Part shown: piece by piece, positions 54,547 to 62,878 of the stretch
Position numbering within the stretch: the stretch's first letter is position 1
Layout: each line of letters starts with the position of its first letter
Assembly (NCBI GenBank): GCA_002159155.1
Contig: LZRQ01000119.1
Location: forward strand, 1-62,878
Direction: 5' to 3'
Origin: Firmicutes bacterium ZCTH02-B6
GTDB lineage: Bacteria; Bacillota; Limnochordia; Limnochordales; ZCTH02-B6
DNA: 62,878 nt
Notes under the pieces: generated by a model
The model's database searches: none
What the model saw: only the letters and a program-made list of their open reading frames with translations
Told to the model about the DNA's origin: nothing
Translations under genes and position numbers: made by a program

Positions 54547-55472
54547 GGCGGCAGGTACGGTGCCAAAGCTCCCGCGGGGACGCCGTCACCGATGGATTCC
54601 GTACGCCCCAAACTGGCAGCTAGCATTATCCGGGCCAGCGCGGCCGCGGTGGTCCCCAGCAGCCGGTCATAAAAGGAGCGCTGCTTGCGCAACGGCACTA
54701 CCACCGGCCGTTCATCTAGCCCGGCCAACTCCGCAGCGAGATCGACCGCGTCGTCAAGGCCCCCGAGATGGTCCACCAGGCCAAGGGCCAGCGCCTGCCG
54801 GCCGGAGAAGACCCGGCCGTCGGCCAGCGCCCGCACCGCCTCCACGTCCATGCCGCGCCCCTCCGCCACATCTGTGACGAACTGGTCGAGCACGTCGTTG
54901 ACGAGCTGTTGGAAGTAGGCCCGCTCCTCGGCGGTGAGCGGCCGGTACGGGCTGCCTGCATCCTTGAACGGCCCGCTGACGATGGTTTCGGCTTCGACGC
55001 CGAAGCGCTCCATAAGATCCTCGACGACAAACACCTCCATGACTGCGCCGATGGAGCCCGTTAAGGTACTCGGATTGGCCACGACCCTGTCGGCCGCAGC
55101 GGCAATGTAGTAGGCGGCGGAGGCGGCCATGTCCCCCATGGATGCCACGACGGGCTTGTTGTGGGTGCGCACCTGCTGGATGGCCCGGTAAATCTCCTGC
55201 GCCGCGGCGGGGCTGCCGCCGCCGCTGTTGATCCGTACGATGACAGCCGCAAAGCGCGGGTCCTCCTGGGCGGTGCGCAGGTATTCGATGACATCCCGCG
55301 CGCCGGTCCCCGTGTCCGTCCAGACCGAGTCCGCAGCAGTGTCGGCAATGGTACCGGTGATCTCGATCAGGGCTACCCGGGGGCGAGCCGGACCGCGGTC
55401 TTGCCCAAGGGACAGAAGGACAGGCAAAACAAGGATGGACAATAGGAGAAGCGCAAAGAGCACACGCCGCAA
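54522..55472 (-). CDS. sppA: Signal peptide peptidase SppA (36K type)
   Basis: 316 aa with an N-terminal anchor, RINSGGGSPAAAQEI and SMGDMAASAAYYIA (catalytic Ser region). Confidence 0.88.
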   Translation of the reverse strand: MRRVLFALLLLSILVLPVLLSLGQDRGPARPRVALIEITGTIADTAADSVWTDTGTGARDVIEYLRTAQEDPRFAAVIVRINSGGGSPAAAQEIYRAIQQVRTHNKPVVASMGDMAASAAYYIAAAADRVVANPSTLTGSIGAVMEVFVVEDLMERFGVEAETIVSGPFKDAGSPYRPLTAEERAYFQQLVNDVLDQFVTDVAEGRGMDVEAVRALADGRVFSGRQALALGLVDHLGGLDDAVDLAAELAGLDERPVVVPLRKQRSFYDRLLGTTAAALARIMLAASLGRTESIGDGVPAGALAPYLPPWGYRLRY

Positions 55473-55675
55473 CGGACATCACCTCGATCCTTGTCGACCT
55501 AATTTTCCGCGAGCGCCGACCACTTCCTGCGCCCGCGGGCCACTTGAAAGGGGAGGGGAGGATTCGAGTGGCAGAAAAGCAAAAACTAATTAAGTGTAAT
55601 CAAGTGAGACCAGAAAGGAGGGAAACGGCGGCGCTTTCTTATCTCGCACAACGGTTGTGAGAGGAGGTCGGCAAC

Positions 55676-57190
55676 GTGAGGTTGGGGATTGCTGTTGCAA
55701 TTTTCCTCTTGTTCGCGTCGCTCTTGACCGCGTCCGCTCAGGCCGACAAGGACACCATCGTCGTCGGGATCACCTCGGACATCGTCAACCTCGACCCGCA
55801 CAACTTCCGCCATCGCGACACCGAGACGGTGCTGCGCAACATCTACGACGGGCTCGTTACCCGGGGACCGGACATGCAGCCCGTGCCCGAGCTCGCCGAG
55901 AGCATCACGCAGATCGATGACACCACATGGGAGTTCAAGCTGCGCCCCGGCGTCAAGTTTCACGATGGGACGGAGATGACCGCGCACGACGTGGCGTTCT
56001 CCATCAACCGCTACGTCCAGGAGGGCGCCATGGCGGGACAGACGTCGCCCAGAAAAGATCTGTTGGGACCGGTCACCCACGCGGAGGCCATCGACGACTA
56101 CACGGTCCGGGTATACATGTCCCAGCCGTGGTCGGTTTTCCTGCCGTATCTCGTCCATCACATGGTGGTGCCGGCGTCGGTGGGCGATGGCCTGGTGGAG
56201 GACCCGATCGGCACTGGCCCGTTCAAGTTTGTGGAATGGGTGCGGGGAAGCCACATCGTCCTTGAGCGGTTCGATGAATATTACGGCGGCGCGCCCGCCC
56301 TCGGACGCAGCGGTCCGGCGCCGGCCAAGCGCGTGGTTTTCCGGGTCATTCCCGAAAACGCGACCCGCCTGGCCGCCCTTATGGCGGGCGAGATCGACAT
56401 CATGGCCGCCGTCCCGGTGCACGCGATCCCTGACATCCAGCGTCATCCAGATCTCGAGTTGCGGCCTGTCATGGGTACGCGCAGCTACTTCACGGAGCTC
56501 AACGTCCGCCGGCCGCCTTTTGACGACCAGCGGGTGCGCCAGGCGATGAACTACGCGATCGACGTCAACCTCATCATCGACCAGCTGCTGGACGGTCTTG
56601 GCCAGCCGCTCTCCACGATCTTGTCGCCGCTGTCCTTTGGCCACAATGACGACCTGGAGCCGTACCCTTATGATCCGGACAAGGCGCGGCAACTGCTGGC
56701 CGAGGCAGGTTATCGCAACGGTTTCACCTTTGAGCTCAGCGTGGAAGATAAGCGGCGCGACGTGGCCGAGGCGTATGCGTTCATGCTGTCCCAGATCGGC
56801 GTCACCGCCCGTGTGCGGGTGTGGGGCGACTACAACAGCATGGTGGAGGCCATGCGCCGGGGTGAACTGGACGCGATGATGACCGACTGGGGCGACAGCA
56901 CCATGGACCCGACCGGCATCTTCGTGCCCAAGCTGCGCACCGGCGACCGGGGGAACTACGGTGGATACTCCAACCCGGAAGTGGACCGGCTGATCGCCTT
57001 GGCCGAAAGCACTTCTGACCCGGAGGAGCGCGCTGCGGCTTACCGGGCTGCCCAGGCTATCGTGTACCAAGACGCGCCCATGATCTTCGAGTACATCACC
57101 CAGGAGTTGTACGCCCAGAACAAAGCCCTCCGCGGCTGGGACCCGATTCCTGACAGCCGAATCAATCTTCACACGGCGGCCAAGCAGTGA
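55676..57190 (+). CDS. ABC transporter substrate-binding protein, family 5 (peptide/nickel, DppA/OppA-like)
   Basis: 504 aa with a signal peptide ending SAQA|DK, then the SBP_bac_5 pattern (VVGITSDIVNLDPH, WEFKLRPGVKFHDG). GAGAGGAGG lies before the GTG start. Confidence 0.88.
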   Translation: MRLGIAVAIFLLFASLLTASAQADKDTIVVGITSDIVNLDPHNFRHRDTETVLRNIYDGLVTRGPDMQPVPELAESITQIDDTTWEFKLRPGVKFHDGTEMTAHDVAFSINRYVQEGAMAGQTSPRKDLLGPVTHAEAIDDYTVRVYMSQPWSVFLPYLVHHMVVPASVGDGLVEDPIGTGPFKFVEWVRGSHIVLERFDEYYGGAPALGRSGPAPAKRVVFRVIPENATRLAALMAGEIDIMAAVPVHAIPDIQRHPDLELRPVMGTRSYFTELNVRRPPFDDQRVRQAMNYAIDVNLIIDQLLDGLGQPLSTILSPLSFGHNDDLEPYPYDPDKARQLLAEAGYRNGFTFELSVEDKRRDVAEAYAFMLSQIGVTARVRVWGDYNSMVEAMRRGELDAMMTDWGDSTMDPTGIFVPKLRTGDRGNYGGYSNPEVDRLIALAESTSDPEERAAAYRAAQAIVYQDAPMIFEYITQELYAQNKALRGWDPIPDSRINLHTAAKQ

Positions 57191-57319
57191 TCGCGGTCTG
57201 TCTCAAGCAGGGACCGGTACTACGGCAAATGCTGTCCCGGGGTTCGGGGGCGGCGGGGATAGCGTTCCCGCCGCTCCGGAGCACCCCGATACCCGCGCAT
57301 CACCGGGAGACGTCGGCCA

Positions 57320-58330
57320 ATGAGCGCAGCCTACATCATCAATCGCTTCCTACAGCTGATCCCGGTTGTCTTCGGCGTCACCTTGGTTGTCTTCGCCTTG
57401 ATGTACTTGACGCCCGGAGACCCGGTTGAGGTCATCTTTGCCGGCGAGTCGGGCGCGACGGCGGAAGACCTGGAGCGGTATCGCCGGGAGCTGGGGCTCG
57501 ATCAGCCGTTTCACATTCAGTACTTGCGCTTTGTCATCGGATTGCTTCAGGGTGACCTGGGCATATCCCTGGTGCAGCGGCAGCCCGTGCGGGATTTGCT
57601 CCTGTCGCGGCTTCCGGCCACCATCGAGTTGACGGCCGTCGCAGTGCTGGTTTCGCTCATCATCGCTATCCCGGTGGGCGTCGTGTCCGCAGTGCAGCGC
57701 TACTCAACCCTGGACAAGCTCGGCACGGCGGGGGCGCTCTTGGGCGTTTCCATGCCCGATTTTTGGCTTGGCCTTGTCTTAATGCTCCTGTTTGGCATCC
57801 ACTGGGGCGTCCTGCCGATTTCCGGGCGCATCCCATGGGGCATGGAGCCGCAGCACATCACGGGCTTGTACCTGGTGGATTCGGTGCTGACGGGGGACTG
57901 GCCCGCTTTCCGGGCTGCGGTGCGGCACTTAATCCTGCCGGCGGTGACACTGGGGACGTCGATGGCCGCGCTGACCATGCGGGTGACTCGTTCGAGCATG
58001 CTGGAGGTCGTCCACCAGGATTACATGACATTCGCTCGGGCCAAAGGGCTCTCGGGGACACAGGTGGTGGTGCGCCACGGCCTGCGCAACGCGCTGATCC
58101 CCACGGTCACGGTCGTCAGCCTCAACATCGGGGTGCTTCTGGGCGGCAACATGATCGTGGAGACGGTGTTTGCCTGGCCAGGCCTCGGCCGCCTAGTGGT
58201 GGACTCCATCTATAACCGGGACTACACCGTTGTGCAGGCCGCCGTGCTGGTGTACGCGGTCACGTACGTCACCATGAACTTCCTAGCGGATCTGGTCTAC
58301 ACCTTGCTCAACCCCAAAGTGCGGCTGTAG
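57320..58330 (+). CDS. Peptide ABC transporter permease (DppB/OppB-like)
   Basis: 336 aa with N-terminal IINRFLQLIPVVFGVTLVVFALMYLTPGDP and the EAA-type loop ARAKGLS. Confidence 0.9.
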   Translation: MSAAYIINRFLQLIPVVFGVTLVVFALMYLTPGDPVEVIFAGESGATAEDLERYRRELGLDQPFHIQYLRFVIGLLQGDLGISLVQRQPVRDLLLSRLPATIELTAVAVLVSLIIAIPVGVVSAVQRYSTLDKLGTAGALLGVSMPDFWLGLVLMLLFGIHWGVLPISGRIPWGMEPQHITGLYLVDSVLTGDWPAFRAAVRHLILPAVTLGTSMAALTMRVTRSSMLEVVHQDYMTFARAKGLSGTQVVVRHGLRNALIPTVTVVSLNIGVLLGGNMIVETVFAWPGLGRLVVDSIYNRDYTVVQAAVLVYAVTYVTMNFLADLVYTLLNPKVRL

Positions 58331-58335
58331 CGGAG

Positions 58336-59274
58336 GTGGCAGCAGGCGTGGCGGCGGCTATGCCGGTGAGACAGCAACCCGGTGTGACCGGTGGGCGGCG
58401 GGCATGGCGGCGGGGGTTGGCGTCGCTCCTAGACTTTTGGCGACGGTTTCGCAAAAACCGGCTGGCGGTGGTCGGCGGCGCGGTGGTGTTGCTGGTGATC
58501 GCCATGGGGGTTCTCGCCCCATGGATCGCGCCCCACGACCCGACACAGGCCGACTTCTTCCGGCGGTTCCGGCCGCCCGTATGGATGGAAGGCGGCAGCT
58601 GGGAGCATCCCCTTGGGACCGACCAGTTGGGGCGGGACATCCTAAGCCGCATCATCTGGGGAGCGCGGGCGTCCCTGACCGTGGGCGCCATCGTCATCCT
58701 CATCGCGACCACGGTGGGGGTTTCCATGGGGCTCATATCCGGCTACTACGGCGGGCGTGTCGACGCCTTTATCCAGCGGGTGGTGGACGTCCTGCTCTCC
58801 TTCCCGTATTTGGTGCTGGCCATCGGGCTCATGGCGGTGATGGGGCCAGGCTTCAGCAACATGGTGCTGGCCCTTGTCTACAAGGAGTGGGTGACACCCT
58901 GCCGCGTTGTGCGGGGCGAAGTGCTGGCAGCGAAAAGGCAGGAGTACGTGGAAGCCGCCCGGGCCGTGGGAGCCGGGGATGCCCACATCATGTGGCGGGA
59001 GATATTGCCCAATGTCCTGTCGTCCGTCATAGTTGTCGCTACCTTGCGCGTCGCCTGGGTGATCTTAATGGAGGCCTCCTTGAGCTTCCTCGGCCTCGGT
59101 GTGCAGCCGCCTACGCCGGCCTGGGGTTCCATGGTGGCCGCGGGGCGTGAGTACATCTTTCAGGCGTGGTGGCTGGGCACTTTCCCGGGGCTTGCGATCC
59201 TCGTGACAGTGCTGGGCATCAACCTCTTGGGGGAAGGCCTGCGGGACGCGCTGGACCCGCGGCTTGGGGAGTAG
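58336..59274 (+). CDS. Peptide ABC transporter permease (DppC/OppC-like); start uncertain
   Basis: 312 aa with [21 protein letters not shown] and EAARAVGAG. Confidence 0.88.
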   Translation: MAAGVAAAMPVRQQPGVTGGRRAWRRGLASLLDFWRRFRKNRLAVVGGAVVLLVIAMGVLAPWIAPHDPTQADFFRRFRPPVWMEGGSWEHPLGTDQLGRDILSRIIWGARASLTVGAIVILIATTVGVSMGLISGYYGGRVDAFIQRVVDVLLSFPYLVLAIGLMAVMGPGFSNMVLALVYKEWVTPCRVVRGEVLAAKRQEYVEAARAVGAGDAHIMWREILPNVLSSVIVVATLRVAWVILMEASLSFLGLGVQPPTPAWGSMVAAGREYIFQAWWLGTFPGLAILVTVLGINLLGEGLRDALDPRLGE

Positions 59275-59278
59275 TCGT

Positions 59279-60340
59279 ATGCTCCAGCCGGTCCTAGATG
59301 TCCGTGATCTGGCGACATACTTTTTCACCGAACGCGGCGTGGTCAGAGCCGTTGACGGGGTGAGCTTTCGCCTTTATCCCGGGGAAACGCTGGGCGTCGT
59401 CGGCGAATCGGGCTGCGGCAAGAGCATGACCGCGTTGTCCATCATGGGGCTCGTGCCGCGCCCAGGGCGCATTGTCGCCGGTGAGATCCGGCTGATGGGT
59501 GAGGATCTGGTTGGCAAGCCCGATCGGGAGCTGCGCCGCCTACGGGGCAGCAGAATGGCCATGATCTTTCAAGACCCGTTGACGACCCTCAACCCGGTGC
59601 TGCGGGTGGGGCAGCAGGTCACCGAATCCATCCGCATCCACTACGGCGACGGGACCTGGTCGGGCGGTAGCCGCCGCTGGAGCTGGCTTGCAGATCCGTT
59701 GGGTCTGCGGCGCCGGCGCATCGCATGGGAGCGGGCGGTGGAAATGCTGGACAAGGTCGGCATCCCGGCACCCAGCGAGCGCATGCGGGCGTATCCCCAT
59801 GAGATGAGCGGCGGCATGCGCCAGCGCATCATGATCGCCATCGCCCTGAGCTGCAGCCCGGCGCTCTTGTTGGCAGATGAACCGACGACGGCCCTGGATG
59901 TCACGATCCAGGCGCAAATCTTGGACCTGATGCGGCGGCTCCAGGAGGAGATGGGCACCAGCATCCTCCTCATTACCCACGATTTCGGCGTCGTCAGCGA
60001 GTTGTGCGACCGGGTGATGGTGATGTACGCGGGCAAGGTCGTGGAAACCGGGCCGCTGGACGCGATTTTGAACACGCCCCGGCATCCGTACACCCAAGGG
60101 CTCCTGGCGTCCATCCCCCGGCTGGGCGACCGCAGTTACCGGCTGAAACCTATCGAGGGGACCGTGCCGGAGTTGCATGCGTTGCCGCCCGGCTGCAGCT
60201 ACTGCACCCGCTGCCCGGTGGCCGACGAGTACTGCGCTGCCGTGGCGCCGCAGCTCAAAGAGATCTCGCCACACCACCACGTGGCGTGCCACAAGGTGGC
60301 AGCGGCACCGGCCATGGCCGGGGAGGGCGTGCCGTCATGA
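59279..60340 (+). CDS. Peptide ABC transporter ATP-binding protein (DppD/OppD-like)
   Basis: Walker [10 protein letters not shown], signature MSGGMRQR, Walker [13 protein letters not shown] and the C-terminal oligopeptide-type extension. Confidence 0.9.
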   Translation: MLQPVLDVRDLATYFFTERGVVRAVDGVSFRLYPGETLGVVGESGCGKSMTALSIMGLVPRPGRIVAGEIRLMGEDLVGKPDRELRRLRGSRMAMIFQDPLTTLNPVLRVGQQVTESIRIHYGDGTWSGGSRRWSWLADPLGLRRRRIAWERAVEMLDKVGIPAPSERMRAYPHEMSGGMRQRIMIAIALSCSPALLLADEPTTALDVTIQAQILDLMRRLQEEMGTSILLITHDFGVVSELCDRVMVMYAGKVVETGPLDAILNTPRHPYTQGLLASIPRLGDRSYRLKPIEGTVPELHALPPGCSYCTRCPVADEYCAAVAPQLKEISPHHHVACHKVAAAPAMAGEGVPS

Positions 60341-61365
60341 GGTGGACGCCGATGGCGGCTGCGGGAGCCCCGCCCGAACCTTTGGTGCAAGTGAGGGGTC
60401 TCAAACAGTATTTTCCCCTCGGGTCCACCTGGGTGGACCGGCTCCTGGGGAGAGGTAGCCGGTGGGTGCACGCGGTAGACGGGGTGGACCTGGACATCCA
60501 CCATCGCGAGACGCTGGGACTGGTGGGGGAATCCGGGTGCGGCAAGTCCACGCTGGCCCGCACCATCCTGCGGTTGTACGAGCCGACGGCCGGCTCCATC
60601 AAATTCGCCGGCCGAGAGCTGACGACGTTGTCCCAGATGGAAATGCGGCAAATGCGCCGGGAAATGCAGATGATCTTTCAGGATCCCTTTGCGTCCCTGA
60701 ACCCGCGCCGGACGGTGGAACAGATCGTGGGATTACCGCTGCTGATCCAGGGAGTTCCCCGGGCGGACATCCGGCGGCGCGTCGCAGAGCTTTTGGAAAA
60801 GGTGGGCCTTTCGCCCAGTCACATCGACCGCTATCCCCACCAGTTCAGCGGGGGGCAGCGGCAGCGGATCGGGATCGCGAGGGCGTTGGCGGTCAATCCC
60901 CGGTTTGTGGTGGCCGACGAGCCGGTGTCCGCGCTGGACGTCTCCATCCAGGCCCAGATACTCCGCCTGTTGCAGGACCTCCAGGCAGAGATGGGCCTTG
61001 CATACTTATTCATCTCCCACGATTTGGCTGTCATCAGCTACGTCAGCGACCGCATCGCCGTAATGTACCTAGGGCGCATCGTGGAGCTGGCACCGGCGGA
61101 AACTCTGTTCGCCGAACCGCTTCACCCTTATACCAGAGCCCTCATCTCCGCAGTTCCCCGCGTCGGCAGCCGGGGGCAGGTGCGGGAGCGGATTTTGCTC
61201 TCCGGCAGCCCGCCGACGCCCATCGATCCGCCCAAGGGTTGCCGGTTCTACAGCCGCTGCTTTCTAAAGGAGAAGAACGAGACTTGCCGGCTAGTCGCTC
61301 CGGATTTGAAGGAGGTGACCCCGGGCCACCGGGTTGCGTGTCATGCGGTGGCCGGTACATTATGA
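60337..61365 (+). CDS. Peptide ABC transporter ATP-binding protein (DppF/OppF-like)
   Basis: ATG 60337 overlaps the preceding stop (ATGA). [29 protein letters not shown]. Confidence 0.9.
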   Translation: MRWTPMAAAGAPPEPLVQVRGLKQYFPLGSTWVDRLLGRGSRWVHAVDGVDLDIHHRETLGLVGESGCGKSTLARTILRLYEPTAGSIKFAGRELTTLSQMEMRQMRREMQMIFQDPFASLNPRRTVEQIVGLPLLIQGVPRADIRRRVAELLEKVGLSPSHIDRYPHQFSGGQRQRIGIARALAVNPRFVVADEPVSALDVSIQAQILRLLQDLQAEMGLAYLFISHDLAVISYVSDRIAVMYLGRIVELAPAETLFAEPLHPYTRALISAVPRVGSRGQVRERILLSGSPPTPIDPPKGCRFYSRCFLKEKNETCRLVAPDLKEVTPGHRVACHAVAGTL

Positions 61366-61370
61366 CGATA

Positions 61371-61400
61371 TTGCAGGAATTGGAGTGACAAATATATAAT
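61371..61400 (+). promoter_or_regulatory. Promoter candidate upstream of the c-di-AMP riboswitch
   Basis: TTGCAG (61371-61376), 18-nt spacer, TATAAT (61395-61400), in an unusually AT-rich patch. Confidence 0.5.
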
Positions 61401-61424
61401 AAAGCACTAAACATATAGCAGCAC

Positions 61425-61592
61425 GGGAGCGCTGAATCCTGCCGCCACCGGACTCAGGCGGTGGGAGCGGGGGACCCAGTCGGCGGTCCGCAGCGGCGGA
61501 CCAGGGGTGAATCCCGGCAATGCCGGGTAGGGTCAACTTCCGATCCGAACCCGCAAGCTAACCTCGCAAGCGTGGCGAAGGCGTGCGCTCAC
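61425..61592 (+). promoter_or_regulatory. ydaO/yuaA-type cyclic-di-AMP riboswitch
   Basis: Pseudo-twofold conserved blocks: GAGCGCTGAATCC-hairpin-GGGAGCGGGGGACCCA, and GGGGTGAATCCC-hairpin-GGGTAGGG ... CCGAACCCGCAAGCTAACCTCGCAAGCGT. Closing helix GAGCGC (61427-32) / GCGCTC (61585-90). Confidence 0.85.
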
Positions 61593-61675
61593 ATCACGCG
61601 GGGACGGCGGCCCGTCGGTGCTGTCCGGCACAAGACGGGGCGCCGGCGCTGCGCTTTGGGGTGAAGGGATCCTCC

Positions 61676-62458
61676 ATGTCTCGGGACCGCGCTCCTGTCA
61701 TCGGCATCACGCCTGCGTTCGACGACGGGACAGAGATCGATTCCGTGCGCCCACACTCAGCCGTCCATTTCCTGGACGCCGCCTACGGCCGCGCGGTGGA
61801 GCGGGCCGGGGCGGCGCCCGTGATCCTGCCCGTGACTGACTCGCCTGCTTCCATGGAACGCTACCTTGACATGATCGATGGCTTGCTCTTGTCCGGTGGC
61901 GGGGGTTACATCCGCCGCCGGCACAGGGAACGCCGCGTCTTGCCGGATCTTAAGACGCTGTCCCCGCGTCGGTACCGCTTTGAAGCGGCACTGCTGCGTA
62001 TGGCCTTAGAGCGAGACTTGCCCGTTCTCGGCATCTGCCGCGGCCACCAGATGATTGCCCGAGTCGGCGGCGGGCGCGTGTATGCTCAGATCTCGGCGCG
62101 GGTCCCTGGGGCAGGCGAGCACCATGTGGGCGGGCTGCCCGCGTCCCGCCGCTGTGTGCACGACATCTACGTTGAACCCGGGACGCTGCTGCATAGCATT
62201 CTCGGCATAACGGCCGTAGGTGTCAACAGCCTCCACCGGCAGGCCGTGGCCAGCGTCAAGCCGCCCTTCGTCATCAGCGCCCGGGCCGGCGATGGTGTGG
62301 TGGAGGCGCTGGAGAGCCGGGCCCATCGATTCGTGGTCGGGGTCCAGTTTCATCCTGAGTTGCTGCTGGACTCCGTGCCGGTGTGGCAGCGCCTGTTTGA
62401 CGCCTTTGTCGCCGCCTGCCGCGCGACCGACGGGCGGCGCCCCCGCATTGTCGCCTAA
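61676..62458 (+). CDS. Peptidase C26 / class-I glutamine amidotransferase-like gamma-glutamyl hydrolase (PuuD-like)
   Basis: From ATG 61676: MSRDRAPVIGITPAFDDG ..., nucleophile elbow LPVLGICRGHQM and His region VGVQFHPE. Confidence 0.85.
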   Translation: MSRDRAPVIGITPAFDDGTEIDSVRPHSAVHFLDAAYGRAVERAGAAPVILPVTDSPASMERYLDMIDGLLLSGGGGYIRRRHRERRVLPDLKTLSPRRYRFEAALLRMALERDLPVLGICRGHQMIARVGGGRVYAQISARVPGAGEHHVGGLPASRRCVHDIYVEPGTLLHSILGITAVGVNSLHRQAVASVKPPFVISARAGDGVVEALESRAHRFVVGVQFHPELLLDSVPVWQRLFDAFVAACRATDGRRPRIVA

Positions 62459-62550
62459 GCCGTCGGTCCGTAACCCGCCGCAGGGCCATGTTCCGCTGCG
62501 CATAGGCCTAGGCACCGCGCGTACAATAGCGCGGCGAGGAGGATCAAGAC

Positions 62551-62751
62551 TTGAACCGCAGCGAGGAGATCCAACAGATTCTCGAGTTCATCGCGGAGCA
62601 TCCAGAGTCGTACGCAAGTCTCGCCGTCTGCCGAAGGGCGCTAGACGTGGGGCTAGAGCGTGTGACGGCGCAAACCCTCAGCCTGCTGGAAGAATACCTG
62701 CACCAGGCGCCCGACGACGAGATTGACGCCTACTACACCATCGTCAGCTGA
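62551..62751 (+). CDS. Hypothetical small acidic protein (66 aa)
   Basis: TTG start lies 7 nt after GAGGAGGA. The product is helical-looking and has no recognisable family. Confidence 0.45.
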   Translation: MNRSEEIQQILEFIAEHPESYASLAVCRRALDVGLERVTAQTLSLLEEYLHQAPDDEIDAYYTIVS

Positions 62752-62800
62752 CCGCAGTCTCCACGGTTTAACAGTTGTCTGCGAGTAGCCCGCGTGGCCG

Positions 62801-62829
62801 TTGACAATGTCGGACAGGTGCAATAGTAT
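62801..62829 (+). promoter_or_regulatory. Sigma-A-type promoter reading out of the window
   Basis: TTGACA (62801-62806), 17-nt spacer, TAGTAT (62824-62829), followed by an AT-rich leader start and a GAGCG/CGCTC hairpin. Confidence 0.55.
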
Positions 62830-62878
62830 ATTATATAGCAGCTTGGAGCGAAAAGTAGATACACGCTCACCATAAGCA

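Noticed and set aside
55586-57172. 528-aa minus-strand ORF antisense to the peptide-binding protein gene
   Set aside because: Shadow ORF. The plus-strand product has a signal peptide and the family-5 SBP pattern, whereas the antisense product has none.
57191-57319. Stem-loop GCGGCGGGGA…TTCCCGCCGC between the SBP gene and the first permease gene, considered as a terminator or REP-like repeat
   Set aside because: It is a single copy in the window with no U-tract. It is best explained as the usual mRNA-stabilising hairpin that raises the SBP:permease expression ratio in ABC operons.
1-62878. Scan for CRISPR arrays, tandem repeats, IS elements, integrases, toxin-antitoxin or defence-system genes, tRNA and rRNA
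   Set aside because: No direct-repeat/spacer periodicity, no transposase- or recombinase-like ORFs and no cloverleaf-sized conserved RNA were seen in any intergenic gap. All gaps longer than 120 nt are accounted for by promoters, riboswitches or hairpins. The scan was by eye only, so short or degenerate elements could have been missed.

Overview
High-GC (about two-thirds G+C by eye), gene-dense chromosomal segment with Firmicutes-like gene order. I saw no rRNA, tRNA, CRISPR array, transposase or integrase. Content in order: (1) mrpBCDEFG Na+/H+ antiporter genes, with mrpA off the left edge. (2) A large beta-oxidation locus arranged divergently around one control region. The minus strand carries two acyl-CoA synthetases plus fadN-fadA-fadE. 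The plus strand carries fadR(TetR)-etfB-etfA-fadF-acdA and an MBL hydrolase. (3) A SAM-I riboswitch controlling metN-metI-metQ-metQ. (4) Enoyl-CoA hydratase, a DedA/TVP38 membrane protein and an M20 amidohydrolase. (5) A minus-strand propionate/methylmalonyl operon: methylmalonyl-CoA mutase catalytic subunit, carboxyltransferase, biotin carboxylase, BCCP, MeaB, a 47-aa membrane peptide and DUF309. (6) A small Rdx/SelW-like gene that only reads through if an in-frame TGA is decoded as selenocysteine. (7) fabI, mutY, an OSBS/N-acylamino-acid racemase, a cell-wall amidase and hemL. (8) sufC-sufB/D-sufS-sufU. (9) An asymmetric heterodimeric ABC exporter. (10) An uncharacterised operon: split AtuA (DUF1446 plus C-terminal-domain protein), a 70-aa biotin carrier, a carboxyltransferase and an NAD(P)-binding protein, with no biotin carboxylase. 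(11) A UPF0173 hydrolase, CN-hydrolase, Yip1 and SppA. (12) A dpp/opp-type peptide ABC importer. (13) A ydaO-type c-di-AMP riboswitch upstream of a C26 gamma-glutamyl peptidase. (14) A small acidic ORF and a promoter/leader cut by the window end. The strongest second-look items are the recoded selenoprotein, the AtuA/BCCP/carboxyltransferase operon and the c-di-AMP riboswitch context. Many long ORFs in the track are antisense or alternate-frame shadow ORFs typical of high-GC DNA and are rejected. All family assignments rest on motif recognition by eye, since no searches were run. Gene starts are often uncertain by a few codons.
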